DNA of 64,000 nt from Candidatus Poribacteria bacterium (GTDB lineage Bacteria; Poribacteria; WGA-4E; PCPOR2b). Below the pieces are notes generated by a model, which was not told the DNA's origin, ran no database searches, and saw nothing but the letters and a program-made list of their open reading frames with translations. Location: NCBI GenBank assembly GCA_965198175.1, contig OZ240245.1:3616001-3680000 (forward strand). The letters run 5' to 3'. This document shows positions 38,787 through 49,847 of the stretch, piece after piece. The position numbers and the translations under genes were made by a program. Each line of letters opens with the position of its first letter. Position 1 is the first letter of the stretch.

Positions 38787-41243
38787 TTATTCACCTTTTC
38801 GAATGACGAGGCGGTAGTGACCACCGACTTTCTTGGTGTCGGTAATCTCATGCCCGTCGTTCGTCAGGCTTTTGGGGACGTTTTCAATCGGTTCGCCGTC
38901 GTCAATTGTAATCTCAAGGAGTTGACCGACATCCATCGTCTCCAAGCGAATTTTGGCTTGCACGTAGTTGAACGGACACGCCACACCTTTGAGGTCGAGA
39001 CTATCAACGATTTCCTCGACCTTCTCAGCCTTGGGCGGCGCTTTCGGGATGCGAGCAGGACGGGCTTCGCGTTTCTTGCTTCCCGCCTCTTCCTCCTGCC
39101 GAATCCGCATCCGTCCGTAGACGTTGTGCGCTTCCTCAACGAAGAGGGTCGATTCCTCGACACGGCGGTGGGTTAGCTCCCGATCAAAGCTGGTGGCATC
39201 CTCCTCGGCTGCCTTAAACAAATGCGCCCCGAAACCCGGGAAGACAATCCCCGGCTCAAAGAACCGAACTCGGAATTCCTTGACTGTCGTCTCGTTGTCA
39301 ATGTGTTGCAGCCCTTCGGTCGTCAACAGCGCGTCTGCAGCTTTGATCATCGCTTCATAGGCGTGTTGGGCAGACGCCGTGTATTCATCTCGTTCGAGCT
39401 GTAGCCCCGCCTCGTAGATTAGCCGGTCCGCCTCTTCAAGTATGAACGACACCAACTCGACCAACGCACCCGCGCACTCGCCGACACCCTTTTTGAGTTT
39501 AAACTCCTTTGTGTCGCCGGTGTCAATATAGTAGCTGGGATCTTCCTCGAAAGTGGGGATTTGGTCGTATTGGCGGAGAATCGCTTTGACTTCGACCTTG
39601 CCCAGTCTTTTGATATAGTTCGTAAAGGATTGATCGCCGGTACGTTCGTCAATGTACTTTCCGGTCAAGTGCTCAATGAATTGCGGGATGTTCTTGCCGT
39701 GAATTTTTCCGGAGGCGAGTCCGTACGCCCCCGCGTTGTCGGTGGCATGACCACCCAACATCACCTGATAATACGGGGCGATATGTTTCCCCATGCGTCT
39801 TGATGAGCCAAAGAACCCGATGTTTGCGATGTGGTGCTGACCGCACGAATTGGGGCAGCCGCTAATCTTTATTCGCAGGTCTTGAATCTCGTCTTTCACG
39901 CCGGTTTCAAGAATATGATTCCTCAAGTGGGCAGCTAACCCGCGCGAGGACGAAATGCCGAGTTTGCAGGAATCGGTGCCTGGGCACGCGGTAATGTCAA
40001 CCAATGTTTCTGCGCCCGAAGCGGCTAAACCAATCGCATTGAGGTCCTGGTAGAGAGCAGACAAGTCGCTCATACTGACCCAGCGCAGAACGAGGTTCTG
40101 CTCGACAGTGGTACGAACCGTGTCCTTGACGTATTTGCGGGAGATGCTCGCCAATGCTCGCGCCTGATCCGCGGTAATATCTCCCAGTGGCAACGTGATG
40201 TTGACTACTGTGTATCCCGGCTGACGCTGCGAACGTACGTTAGTGGAATGCCACTGATCAAATCCTTCCGGCCTCGACGCGCCGTTGAGTTGTGACGGCA
40301 GTTTCAACGGCGTCTCGTCATACGCATCCAGATTGTCGAGATGGGCAGTCCACGCGGGGTCATAGCGCAACTGTTCGCGCTCCTCTAACACTAGGCGGCG
40401 AAACTCCTCAGCGCCGAGCTTTGCCACGACGAACTTCATCCGTGCTTTGTTCCGATTTTTGCGTTCGCCCAACCGGGTGAACACCTTCGCAATCGCCTGT
40501 GAAATTGGCAATAACTCCTCTTCAGGTACAAACTCGTCAAAGATTTTTGCCTGATGCGGCACGGCACCAAGACCACCGCCAACAAGCAACTTAAATCCTC
40601 GCTTCAGTTTCCCGTCAACCTCTTTAAGTACCGCAACCGCACCGATGTCGTGCATGTATCCTAAGCCGCAAGCGTGTTCATCGCAGCCGGAGAACGCAAT
40701 CTTGAACTTGCGTCCAAAATCTTGCGCATCTTGATGCCCCAACAAAAATGCCGACAGCGCCATTGAATGCGGGGTGACATCAAACGGCTCGTCGTTGCAG
40801 ACGCCGGCTAGTGGGCAAGCGGTGACATTGCGGACGACGTTGCCGCACGCTTCCTTGGTCGTAATGCCGACGGACGCCAACCGACGCATTAACTCTGGCG
40901 TATTATTGATATCAACGTAGTGATACTGCACATCCTGCCGCGTCGTGATGTGGATGATATTGTCCGATAATTCTTCGGCAATATCGGCAAGCATTTCCAG
41001 TTGTGCCGCGTTTAATCCTCCGAATGGAATCTTCACGCGAATCATTTGAGAGCCGTTGTCGCGTTGTCCATAGACGCCGTGACGGAGTCGGAACTCGAGG
41101 AAAATCTCCTCTGGCATTTGACCCGCTTGTACGCGACCCAGTTGCATCTCATAAATCTCAATCGCGCGGGCGTCGTCTGGTAGAATTGTACCTGGGTCAT
41201 ATGGTGCTAAACTTTCTGTCGTCATTGTTATTCTCCTTTGCAC
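38787..41243 (-). CDS. Siroheme nitrite/sulfite reductase fused to a HEPN-like helical domain and TusA (SirA-like) domain
   Basis: HITTRQD.Q, EACGNVVRN, CPGTDSC, SGCPNSCG; C-terminal LDLKGVACPFNYV. Confidence 0.9.
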   Translation of the reverse strand: MQRRITMTTESLAPYDPGTILPDDARAIEIYEMQLGRVQAGQMPEEIFLEFRLRHGVYGQRDNGSQMIRVKIPFGGLNAAQLEMLADIAEELSDNIIHITTRQDVQYHYVDINNTPELMRRLASVGITTKEACGNVVRNVTACPLAGVCNDEPFDVTPHSMALSAFLLGHQDAQDFGRKFKIAFSGCDEHACGLGYMHDIGAVAVLKEVDGKLKRGFKLLVGGGLGAVPHQAKIFDEFVPEEELLPISQAIAKVFTRLGERKNRNKARMKFVVAKLGAEEFRRLVLEEREQLRYDPAWTAHLDNLDAYDETPLKLPSQLNGASRPEGFDQWHSTNVRSQRQPGYTVVNITLPLGDITADQARALASISRKYVKDTVRTTVEQNLVLRWVSMSDLSALYQDLNAIGLAASGAETLVDITACPGTDSCKLGISSSRGLAAHLRNHILETGVKDEIQDLRIKISGCPNSCGQHHIANIGFFGSSRRMGKHIAPYYQVMLGGHATDNAGAYGLASGKIHGKNIPQFIEHLTGKYIDERTGDQSFTNYIKRLGKVEVKAILRQYDQIPTFEEDPSYYIDTGDTKEFKLKKGVGECAGALVELVSFILEEADRLIYEAGLQLERDEYTASAQHAYEAMIKAADALLTTEGLQHIDNETTVKEFRVRFFEPGIVFPGFGAHLFKAAEEDATSFDRELTHRRVEESTLFVEEAHNVYGRMRIRQEEEAGSKKREARPARIPKAPPKAEKVEEIVDSLDLKGVACPFNYVQAKIRLETMDVGQLLEITIDDGEPIENVPKSLTNDGHEITDTKKVGGHYRLVIRKGE

Positions 41244-41595
41244 TAATCAACCTTTGAAGAGTCCAAAGCACTCACGGGTTTCATGTCTAGAATGGGGGGG
41301 AGACATACACGCTGTATAGATCTATCTGAGTATAACTATAACGTGAATGTCTTGAGAAGTCAAGTCAATTTGACTCTATTTGGACATTTCCACGCCTCCT
41401 CGGCTACTGCCGCTTCAAGGCCAACCAAAAAGGGCTTGACGGGAATTCGCCCACGCATTAAACTGTTATTGTGTGCACTCCACAAACACGGCGAACAGGA
41501 ATTCGCGTACACTCGAGTCCAGCGGGAGTTTGCAGAAGTCATCCAATTCTTGCAATTTCTCTATTTCCCCATCATACCAACGCTTAGGTTCATCA

Positions 41596-41871
41596 ATGGA
41601 ACCCGTAACGTTTCAACTGTACACCAAACCTGATTGTCCGCTCTGCGACGAAGCCAAGGACGCTCTCAAAAAGGTCGCGGAGGCATCGCCGATTCAGATC
41701 GAGGAGATTGACATCACATTGAACTTGGGACTGTTCACGAAATACAAGAACCTGATTCCTGTGCTAGAGCTAGAAGGGAAACGGTTGTTCGTGCATCGAA
41801 TTGATGTGAGGGCACTGAAGCGTAAGTTGATGTGGCGACGGCTACGTCAGAAGTTTTCGTATTCCCTGTGA
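41596..41871 (+). CDS. Glutaredoxin-like protein (DUF836 type)
   Basis: LYTKPDCPLCDEAK...IDI......KY...IPVL. Confidence 0.85.
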   Translation: MEPVTFQLYTKPDCPLCDEAKDALKKVAEASPIQIEEIDITLNLGLFTKYKNLIPVLELEGKRLFVHRIDVRALKRKLMWRRLRQKFSYSL

Positions 41872-42134
41872 GGGTTGAGCGCAACAGATACATATATTTC
41901 AAGCGGTCATCACTTGATGCTCGACAATGATATATGACTCGTAGAATTCTGTCATCTTTTTCTCCATTTCCTGATGGACCTTGTTCGGATATGAGGCACA
42001 AAGTTTAGGTTGACTATCACGCCGGATTGTGCTAAATTGAAATAGGAATTTAGAAGTCAATAACATCCGAGATGTGGGCTGCAGATTGTGACATTTGAAG
42101 CAGGTGCATAATCAACAAAACGGGAGGCCAAACT

Positions 42135-43145
42135 ATGGAATATCGCCCATTTGGACGGACAGGGCTGCAAGTTTCAGCAATTGGATTTGGTTGCTGGGAG
42201 ATGGGGGGCGATTATGGTTCAACTGATGAATCAGAGGTGACAGCGGCTGTACATCGTGCGATAGATTTGGGAATAAACTGTTTTGATACTGCTGAAGCCT
42301 ACGGTGGCGGCAAATCAGAAATGGCGTTGGCGACAGCGTTGGGACATCGTCGTAAAGATGTCATCGTCGTCACGAAGTTCGGCGTTGGTTACCAGAACGA
42401 TCGTCAAAAAGGGAAAGATAGCAGCCGGGAAATGGTGCATGCTGCCATCGATCGCAGCTTGAAAGCACTGAACACTGACTATGTAGATGTCTATCTTGTT
42501 CACTGGCCAGATCGTTCGACCCCTTTTGAAGAAACGATGCAGGCGCTTGATGAGATTGTGCAGCAGGGAAAAGTCCGCTACGTCGGACTCTCTAATTTCA
42601 CGCTTGATGAAATCAAGGCGTGCATGGCGATGCGACCGATTCATGTGTTACAGTACGGCTGCAATCTCTTTGATCGGCGTATGGCAAAATGGATTTTCCC
42701 TTATGCTCATGAGCAACAGATTGGCGTCATGTCGTACGGCTCGCTTGCGTATGGTCTGCTGTCAGGAACGTTCACGAAAGAGACGACATTCGGCGACAAG
42801 GATTGGCGCAGCAGGGACGAGTGGCTGCATTTGTTGAGATTCTTTACGCCAGAGGCTTTCGATCGTAACGTTGAAGTGGCAATTGAGCTTTCCGTTATTG
42901 GCGAACGATTAGGAAAAAAACTCCCGCAGTTTGCTCTCAATTGGGTTTTATCGAATCCGGCGGTAAGTACCGCACTAGTTGGGGCAAGGCGACCTATTGA
43001 AGTTGAGGAAAACATGGGCGCTATCGGCTGGAGTCTGACGGAGGGCGTGATAGCCGAAATTGATGAAATCTTTGCCGATCATGATGTTGATTTCGCCCCC
43101 AACACATGGGTGGAAGATATTGAGACCCCTGACGCATCAAGTTAG
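42135..43145 (+). CDS. Aldo/keto reductase
   Basis: GINCFDTAEAYG, TKFG, DVYLVHWPD, GKVRYVGLSN; GGGAGG RBS. Confidence 0.95.
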   Translation: MEYRPFGRTGLQVSAIGFGCWEMGGDYGSTDESEVTAAVHRAIDLGINCFDTAEAYGGGKSEMALATALGHRRKDVIVVTKFGVGYQNDRQKGKDSSREMVHAAIDRSLKALNTDYVDVYLVHWPDRSTPFEETMQALDEIVQQGKVRYVGLSNFTLDEIKACMAMRPIHVLQYGCNLFDRRMAKWIFPYAHEQQIGVMSYGSLAYGLLSGTFTKETTFGDKDWRSRDEWLHLLRFFTPEAFDRNVEVAIELSVIGERLGKKLPQFALNWVLSNPAVSTALVGARRPIEVEENMGAIGWSLTEGVIAEIDEIFADHDVDFAPNTWVEDIETPDASS

Positions 43146-43334
43146 TGCGCCAGAGACGCGATTACCTTAGCGAAAGTGGGAAGGGGTATTCCATCCTTTG
43201 TAAAAACAATGGCTAGTCCGTCTAATCTGGGATGGCGGCTTATGAATAGTAGGTCAAGCAATGCCCCGTTGTGCGATTGATGCGTCGCTCCAGATGCTCC
43301 AGCGTCACAATCCTATGGATTGTTCCATCTCGAA

Positions 43335-45263
43335 CTAACCGTCGTGCCATCCCATGTTATACGTGGCGACTCTGAACACGGCGCTGATAATGCTCCAGAT
43401 GCAGCCCATTGAGTAGTCTCCCAGTATTAAGCCCGCAAAGAACGGGATGGCTTTGCGATATGCTTGCAACCCGCCGTACCGAAGGATGGAATACTTAAGC
43501 GCCCAACTGATCAGGACTGGCACCCAAATATAGACCATCTCACCCGGACTCATCCCCAATACATAACCGACGGGGTGAAGGGGCCACCACAGAAACCGCA
43601 TCTTCAAGGCTAGTAGAAGCCCGGTGATTCCGGCGCCAAGTCCCATGAAGCCCATTGTCACATAATCGTGTCCTTGAGGTACACTTAACCAAAGCTGGAG
43701 CCGCTGGGTAAAGGTTTCTTGACCTACTCTCAGGATGAACGAACGCGAATTTGCGGCGCCATGTTCATACAAGAGATGAAGGTAAATCAAAAACGTCACC
43801 GGTATGCCGACAGCAAGCGTGATAAGCATCGCTCGTAAGAGTTTTCGATTGTTGATGCTAGCTTGCTCGCCTATCCGAAAAGATTCTAGTTGGTTCGGCA
43901 TGGGATGATGGGGTTGGTCTCGATTCAGCCAGTAAAAGAAGGAGAGAATCGTCAAGTTTTGCGTCCCATACGCGCGCGTACCAAGCGATGTCACCATCGT
44001 CCGTGCGGGATTCAGGTGTAGAATCTCATGAACAGCGACGCCAAGACCAGCTCTAACCTTGGTTACGCCAATGGCGCTGCAACAGTATATGCCTAAGAAC
44101 AAAAGCAAGACCCAAAAGGAAAGCCCCGCCTTATATGCAAACCAGAGGAGTAACAGCACGCCACCGATGACGCCCAGGAGCGCAGTCCGATACCGCATGG
44201 GCTCGTTGATTTCATCGACTTGCCCCGTCCCCGCGAACGCTTGAGTGAAGACCCTTTTGAAATGTTTGCGTCCGACCCACAATGCAAGAAGCCCCAATCC
44301 GATCCACGCCCCCTGTGCCTGCTCATCAAAATAGAGACTACGCCAACCCATGACTCCCAGTAACATTCGCATCATTTTCTGTAGGAGAAAGAAGAACCAC
44401 GCGGAGAATGCGAGATCCAGCGGCATAAAAAAGGAAAGCCCAATGACAAATGGCTGGAAAGAGATGAGTGTCCGACCGGTATAAATCCAGGGTTTCTCCC
44501 GTGGGGTTATGTTTTGCCATCCCACCGGTATAGCAGGAATGAAAGGGTACAAACTGTGCAAGCCGTTCAGAAGACTGATTCCACCCGCGATACCAAAACC
44601 TACCCACATTAGCTTATTTTTGAAAAAGGACGATGGGTCTCTCCCCATTTCCAGAGGCATCCAGGTAATCGGATACGTTAGTCGCTCATGTTCCGTGAAT
44701 TGTCGCCTGATAAGGGTGTTGATGCAGATGAGGATGAAATAGATGACGAACAAAAAGGCGGACCAATAGAACATTGGACCAATCCAAGCCTTTAGGTGCT
44801 GCCGGGTGAAGAAGGAGGATTCACCGAGAAAGAAACCGCGCAGCACGCTCTTGTCATTCGTCGTGAACCATGGCGGGATATACTGCCAGAACAAGTTTCG
44901 CCAGTCATTTTCCACCGTATCGAACCAGAAAGGGTGGGCAAGGGTTCCGACCAATTTGTTCATGGTGGTATGCCCCGACACGGTTGTAACCGACACAGCC
45001 ATCACATAGATGACCAATAAGTTTGATGGGCTGAGCGCATGTCTTGGGAGGAATTTCTGCAGTAGGAGATTGAGGAGAATCAGGACAAACAGGGTGAAAA
45101 CGGCATTACTGAAGAGCGACATGTAGTTGTGCACCAGACCGATGACGAGGTTGTTTACCGAAACCCAATAGGTGTTTACGATAACCACAACGAGTCCGAT
45201 GACTATCACTCTCAGAGGAATATCAGTAGACCGCTTGTCTTCGACAGGAAGGAATTTTTCCAT
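43335..45263 (-). CDS. Polytopic membrane protein, DUF6785/DUF6784-like (putative transporter)
   Basis: Many TM helices, R.Q..E.ERL.YP, WWPLHPVGY, PFF.GLILGD. Confidence 0.7.
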   Translation of the reverse strand: MEKFLPVEDKRSTDIPLRVIVIGLVVVIVNTYWVSVNNLVIGLVHNYMSLFSNAVFTLFVLILLNLLLQKFLPRHALSPSNLLVIYVMAVSVTTVSGHTTMNKLVGTLAHPFWFDTVENDWRNLFWQYIPPWFTTNDKSVLRGFFLGESSFFTRQHLKAWIGPMFYWSAFLFVIYFILICINTLIRRQFTEHERLTYPITWMPLEMGRDPSSFFKNKLMWVGFGIAGGISLLNGLHSLYPFIPAIPVGWQNITPREKPWIYTGRTLISFQPFVIGLSFFMPLDLAFSAWFFFLLQKMMRMLLGVMGWRSLYFDEQAQGAWIGLGLLALWVGRKHFKRVFTQAFAGTGQVDEINEPMRYRTALLGVIGGVLLLLWFAYKAGLSFWVLLLFLGIYCCSAIGVTKVRAGLGVAVHEILHLNPARTMVTSLGTRAYGTQNLTILSFFYWLNRDQPHHPMPNQLESFRIGEQASINNRKLLRAMLITLAVGIPVTFLIYLHLLYEHGAANSRSFILRVGQETFTQRLQLWLSVPQGHDYVTMGFMGLGAGITGLLLALKMRFLWWPLHPVGYVLGMSPGEMVYIWVPVLISWALKYSILRYGGLQAYRKAIPFFAGLILGDYSMGCIWSIISAVFRVATYNMGWHDG

Positions 45264-45403
45264 AGGCTCATTATCAATGTGTTATACCAAAATTGGCAAG
45301 CGATTGACAGCTAACTGGACGCTTCAACTTCGATAAATTGAAGTTCGGGGATTGAACAGAAATTCACTACAGTTTATGGTGATTCATAGAACAACATACG
45401 CCT

Positions 45404-46372
45404 TTAAGAGAGCAGGACGCAATCAAAAAAGTGTTTTATGAATCCCTCTGCGTTTACTTCTACACAAACACGGGCGTTCGGTTTCGGGCGAGGCTGCCCT
45501 CGACGCAAATCGGCGATCGTCATTCCCCGCGTCAGATGTCCCAATGTTTCCACTTCCACGAAGGCATCGGTTGTTTCAAAAAGGTCTGACTGGGTTAATA
45601 GACCGATAGGAAGTGCATCGTGAATATAGATTCCGTGAAACCCTTCGTGTTGATGATGATATGCCATACTCATTCTCGTGGCGTCCCGCAGAAACTGTGA
45701 CAGCTTATCACTCCGTTCACCGGCTTCAGTCTTCAAGCGTTCGCTAGTCAGGATTACCTTATGGGTCACATCCAGAGGCACAATTGTGATGGGAACCCCA
45801 AAATCAAGTACCTGTTGTGCAGCGTGGGGATCTACGAAGATGTTAAATTCGGCTGTTGTGGTGACGTTTCCGTAAGTTTCGAAGGCACCTCCCATCAACA
45901 CAATCTCTTTAATCTTCCGCATCCGCTCAGGATTTTTATCCATCGCTTTGGCGATATTGGTGAGGGGACCAACGGGAACAAGGACAAGCTCATTGGGGTA
46001 TTGACCGGCGAGATTGATGATGAGATCGACCGCCGGAGTTGTCGCCAATTCCAGTTCAGGTTCCGGATAGCACCGGGAGCCATCAGGTGCCAAGAGCTTC
46101 GTCACGTCTCCTAGACCGTCAGAGCCGTGCACGTGCGCGGCTGTCACGAGGGGTTTGATAAGCGGCTGCGACTCACCTTTCGCAACGATTGGATATTCAC
46201 ACAGATCCATTACCTCTAGAGTCAGCATCAGGTTGCGCGTGCAGAAATCAACGTGGACATTGCCGCTGACTGTCGTGATCGCTTCAACCTTTAAATCCGG
46301 CGAATGTAGCGCAAGGATAATCGCTAAGGCATCGTCCACGCCAGTGTCAGTGTCTAACAGGATACGTTGCAT
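45404..46372 (-). CDS. Inosine/uridine-preferring nucleoside hydrolase
   Basis: DTDTGVDDA, HG.DGLG, GPLTNIA, AEFNIFVDP, IHD. Confidence 0.95.
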   Translation of the reverse strand: MQRILLDTDTGVDDALAIILALHSPDLKVEAITTVSGNVHVDFCTRNLMLTLEVMDLCEYPIVAKGESQPLIKPLVTAAHVHGSDGLGDVTKLLAPDGSRCYPEPELELATTPAVDLIINLAGQYPNELVLVPVGPLTNIAKAMDKNPERMRKIKEIVLMGGAFETYGNVTTTAEFNIFVDPHAAQQVLDFGVPITIVPLDVTHKVILTSERLKTEAGERSDKLSQFLRDATRMSMAYHHQHEGFHGIYIHDALPIGLLTQSDLFETTDAFVEVETLGHLTRGMTIADLRRGQPRPKPNARVCVEVNAEGFIKHFFDCVLLS

Positions 46373-46445
46373 TGATGTCGTTCCCCGCGAAGCGTAAAGG
46401 GTAAGCTAAACGGTTTCACCTCTGCTGCCAACCCTGCCCAAGATT

Positions 46446-48200
46446 TTAATCGGTCGTCAACAAGCCGTGTCCTTCCTTAATCACAAGTATCTGATTAGGA
46501 ATAACATTCCGGATTGTGTCAACCATACCGCTTGACCATCGCACTTCGATGAAGTCAATTGATTTTCTGTCCCCCAGCCCGAAGTGCAGACGGAGATCAT
46601 TCTGAGAGAGATAACCGGAACCGCTTCTCACCTCATCTGTTTGGACCAAGTCTCCCGCCTCTATTTTTACCTTAGCCCCGATGCCCGCCCGGTTGCTCTT
46701 GGTGCCGATTGTTCTAATCGTAACCCAATTGCACCGATTTCCCCCATCGTTACGGATAAGATCCGGCGTATCGTTCGCATTACTAATCAAAAGGTCTAGG
46801 TCGCCATCATTATCGTAGTCACCTGAGGCAAGTCCTCGACTGACTTTGAGCTGTTCCAGTGCACCCGGCGATTGGAGCAGCCCCTTGACAAATACACCTT
46901 TTCCATTATTGATTAGCAGTTGATTGAGTTGCGCATAGGTGGTTGTATCATCGTATTTCTCGACTTCATCTTGTAGGTGTCCGTTAGCGATAAAGAGATC
47001 TTTGTCGGCATCGTTATCGACATCGAAGAAGTCCACGCCCCAGCCTACGTACGGGAGGCTATATCCCATACCTGCGATGAACGATATATCGTTGAAAAAG
47101 CCGTCGCCACCGTTGCGGTAGACCGCGTTCGGTTGTTCTTGGTAGTTCAGCGCGACGAGATCGAGAAATCCATCGTTATCATAATCCCCGAAATCAACTC
47201 CCATTGTTCCCTGAACATTGCCATTTTCATCCGCCTCCACACCGGCGATCCACCCCACGCTCGTGAATGTGCCATCACCCTCATTGTGGTATAGCAAATT
47301 TTCGCCCGCATCGACCCCAACGTAGCAGTCTACAAATCCGTCATCGTCATAATCTCCGAAGACGACCGCCATGCTCCGGCTCTCGGCGTTGTACACTCCT
47401 GCCTCCCGGGTGACATCGGTGAAGGTACCATCGCCATTGTTATGATACAGGGTATCCGGCAACCCGGGAAAGCTCTCGGGTGGGCAGTATGTCCCCACTC
47501 CGTTTTGAGTGCAGGTTTTGTGCTCTTCAAAGCGAAAGTCGATATAGTTGGTCACATACAAATCTACAAAACCGTCGTTATCATAATCTGCAAACGCGCA
47601 ACCGAGACTCCAGCGTGCGTCTCCGATACCGGAACGCTGTGTTACATCTGTGAAGGTTCCCTCACCGTTGTTGCGATAGAGCACATTTCTCCCAAAATTC
47701 GTCACGTACAAATCCAAATCGCCGTCGTTATCATAGTCGCCGACAGCACAGCCGCTGCCGTAACCCGTGTCTCCAACACCTGCCGTTTCAGTCACATCGG
47801 TAAATGTGCTATCTCCATTGTTGCGGTACAGTTGGTTGGTCGGTGGCGTTTTTGAGGTGAAGCCGGGAAGGTCAGCACCGTTGACAAAGTAGATGTCAAC
47901 AAATCCATCCCCATCGTGGTCAAAAAAGGCAACCCCTGATCCGACTGTTTCCAAGAAATATCGCCGCCCACCTCTGCCATCAACGTGCCGAAAATCTATG
48001 TTTGCACTCTCTGTAACAGCGATGAGTTTTATGTAATTTTCGGTGTTTGTGCCCGCGTTCACGTCGATTAAGCCAATAAGTATGAGAAAGAATACGGTGA
48101 AATGTGTATCGCGTTGAACGTTAAGCCCAAGACGTAGTACGCGGGGCGTGATACATGATAGATATCGTGTCAGATTCCCTCCTTCCTTCTTTCCTCTCAT
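46446..48200 (-). CDS. CRTAC1/ASPIC-UnbV family FG-GAP repeat protein
   Basis: Repeated DYDNDG.LDL / NNGDGTFTDVT and C-terminal GSGYLSQND.RLHFGLG. Confidence 0.92.
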   Translation of the reverse strand: MRGKKEGGNLTRYLSCITPRVLRLGLNVQRDTHFTVFFLILIGLIDVNAGTNTENYIKLIAVTESANIDFRHVDGRGGRRYFLETVGSGVAFFDHDGDGFVDIYFVNGADLPGFTSKTPPTNQLYRNNGDSTFTDVTETAGVGDTGYGSGCAVGDYDNDGDLDLYVTNFGRNVLYRNNGEGTFTDVTQRSGIGDARWSLGCAFADYDNDGFVDLYVTNYIDFRFEEHKTCTQNGVGTYCPPESFPGLPDTLYHNNGDGTFTDVTREAGVYNAESRSMAVVFGDYDDDGFVDCYVGVDAGENLLYHNEGDGTFTSVGWIAGVEADENGNVQGTMGVDFGDYDNDGFLDLVALNYQEQPNAVYRNGGDGFFNDISFIAGMGYSLPYVGWGVDFFDVDNDADKDLFIANGHLQDEVEKYDDTTTYAQLNQLLINNGKGVFVKGLLQSPGALEQLKVSRGLASGDYDNDGDLDLLISNANDTPDLIRNDGGNRCNWVTIRTIGTKSNRAGIGAKVKIEAGDLVQTDEVRSGSGYLSQNDLRLHFGLGDRKSIDFIEVRWSSGMVDTIRNVIPNQILVIKEGHGLLTTD

Positions 48201-48208
48201 CCCATCCC

Positions 48209-49825
48209 TTACTTCCGAGCTTCCTCATCTGTTTGCTTTCCTAATTGACGACGAACCCGCGCAAAATGGTCCAAGATCTGCTGATTGGTCGCATCAAGTT
48301 CAATGGCTCTTTGAATTGTTGCCTCTGCCTGCGCGTAGTCACGCATCACGTAATAAATTGATGCCAATGCGTCCAGATTTTCAGCAGTCGGCTCGGTTTC
48401 AACAACTTCTTGGGTAAGTTTTCGAGCGATTTCTAGGTGTGCTGCCGATTTTTTCGATTGATCGTGCTGGCGATAGAGCAACCCGAGCATCAGATGTCCT
48501 TTGATATATTTAGCGTCTACTCCAACCGCAGTTTCGTAAACTGAAATCGCCTCCTGTCTCTGATTATGATGGATATAAACCGTCGCTATTTTGTCGTAAG
48601 CTTCCAGAAGGTTCGGATCTTTCAAAAGCGCGATTTTATACTGATCGAATGCCTTCTCCGGCTGGTTATTTTCAAAGTAGATACCCGCCAATTCCATGTA
48701 TGCGTGCGGGTCATCTGGGGCTTCCTGGATTTTTCTCTCTGCAACATCAATCGCATCAGCAACCTGGCGAAGTCTTCGCGCTATCTCTCGTTCCTTCCAC
48801 GCCTCCTCAGGTCTTCCGAGTCGTAGATAACAGCGGGACAGGTTGTGGTGAAGCCGAAGATTATCCGCGCCTTCCGGCAACATTTTCTCGTATTCGTGAG
48901 CGGCTTCTCTATATTTGCCCTGTTGTTGATATACGAAACCAAGTTCAAAGCGGGCGAGCCTGTTATCGGGAGCGATTCTCAGCGCTTGCTGAAAATCTGC
49001 GATTGCTTTCGCATATCTCCCCTGTTTCGAATAAACTACCCCACGGTTACAGTTCGCTTCGAACAGGTTCGGCTGAAGAGCCAGCGCACGGTTATAGGCT
49101 TCCAAAGCGGCTGAAAACTCGACCTGTGTGACATAGATATTCCCCAACCCGAAATGCGCTTGGAACAAGTTTGGATTTAACTCAATCGCCGTTTGGTAGT
49201 GACGGATTGCCTCCGATTCACGACGCTGTCTCGAAAGGAGATCTGCCATTTTCGAGTGCAGCCAACCCAGTTCCGGATTGATTTCAAGCGCAGTTTCAAA
49301 ATGCGCAATTGCTTCTTGATGTTCTCTTCGCTCCGAGAGGATATGCCCGATTCCAACGTGAGCTTTCAGGACACGGTTGTTGAACGTAAGCGCCTTTCGA
49401 AATGCTTTGAGCGCTTGCTCTGGCTTGTCAGTTTTCCAATAAACGAAACCGATTCCACCGTACGCCTCCGCGGATTCAGGGTCTTGGTGGATTACTTTCT
49501 GGTACTCGGTCAATGCCGCATCATATTGACCCTGATTGGCGAGCGACTCCGCATGTTGGTAATGCCAGGGCGGCGACTCCGGAAGTTGGGCATCAATACG
49601 GAAATTGGAAAAAGCGAAGATGATGAGGTAGAGTGAGAAACGTACTGCGTGCCGTGTAATACGGGCTGGATTCAGCCGCTTGGGGTGAGCGATATTCATC
49701 CAACAATTGCGACAAAACACACATGCAAAGGCATGAATCCGCATAAGAATCATAACGCGATGTGAGATGCCCGATATGCGATGCGTCATAGTTCTCCTGT
49801 GCAAGCTACAACCAAGGGCGTCCAT
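48209..49825 (-). CDS. Tetratricopeptide repeat protein
   Basis: More than 10 TPR units; true start probably downstream of the track start. Confidence 0.9.
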   Translation of the reverse strand: MDALGCSLHRRTMTHRISGISHRVMILMRIHAFACVFCRNCWMNIAHPKRLNPARITRHAVRFSLYLIIFAFSNFRIDAQLPESPPWHYQHAESLANQGQYDAALTEYQKVIHQDPESAEAYGGIGFVYWKTDKPEQALKAFRKALTFNNRVLKAHVGIGHILSERREHQEAIAHFETALEINPELGWLHSKMADLLSRQRRESEAIRHYQTAIELNPNLFQAHFGLGNIYVTQVEFSAALEAYNRALALQPNLFEANCNRGVVYSKQGRYAKAIADFQQALRIAPDNRLARFELGFVYQQQGKYREAAHEYEKMLPEGADNLRLHHNLSRCYLRLGRPEEAWKEREIARRLRQVADAIDVAERKIQEAPDDPHAYMELAGIYFENNQPEKAFDQYKIALLKDPNLLEAYDKIATVYIHHNQRQEAISVYETAVGVDAKYIKGHLMLGLLYRQHDQSKKSAAHLEIARKLTQEVVETEPTAENLDALASIYYVMRDYAQAEATIQRAIELDATNQQILDHFARVRRQLGKQTDEEARK

Positions 49826-49847
49826 TTGAGAGCAGGAGCAGATTCCG

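Noticed and set aside
38571..39176. 201-aa plus-strand ORF
   Set aside because: Starts in a repeat element and runs antisense to the reductase-TusA gene
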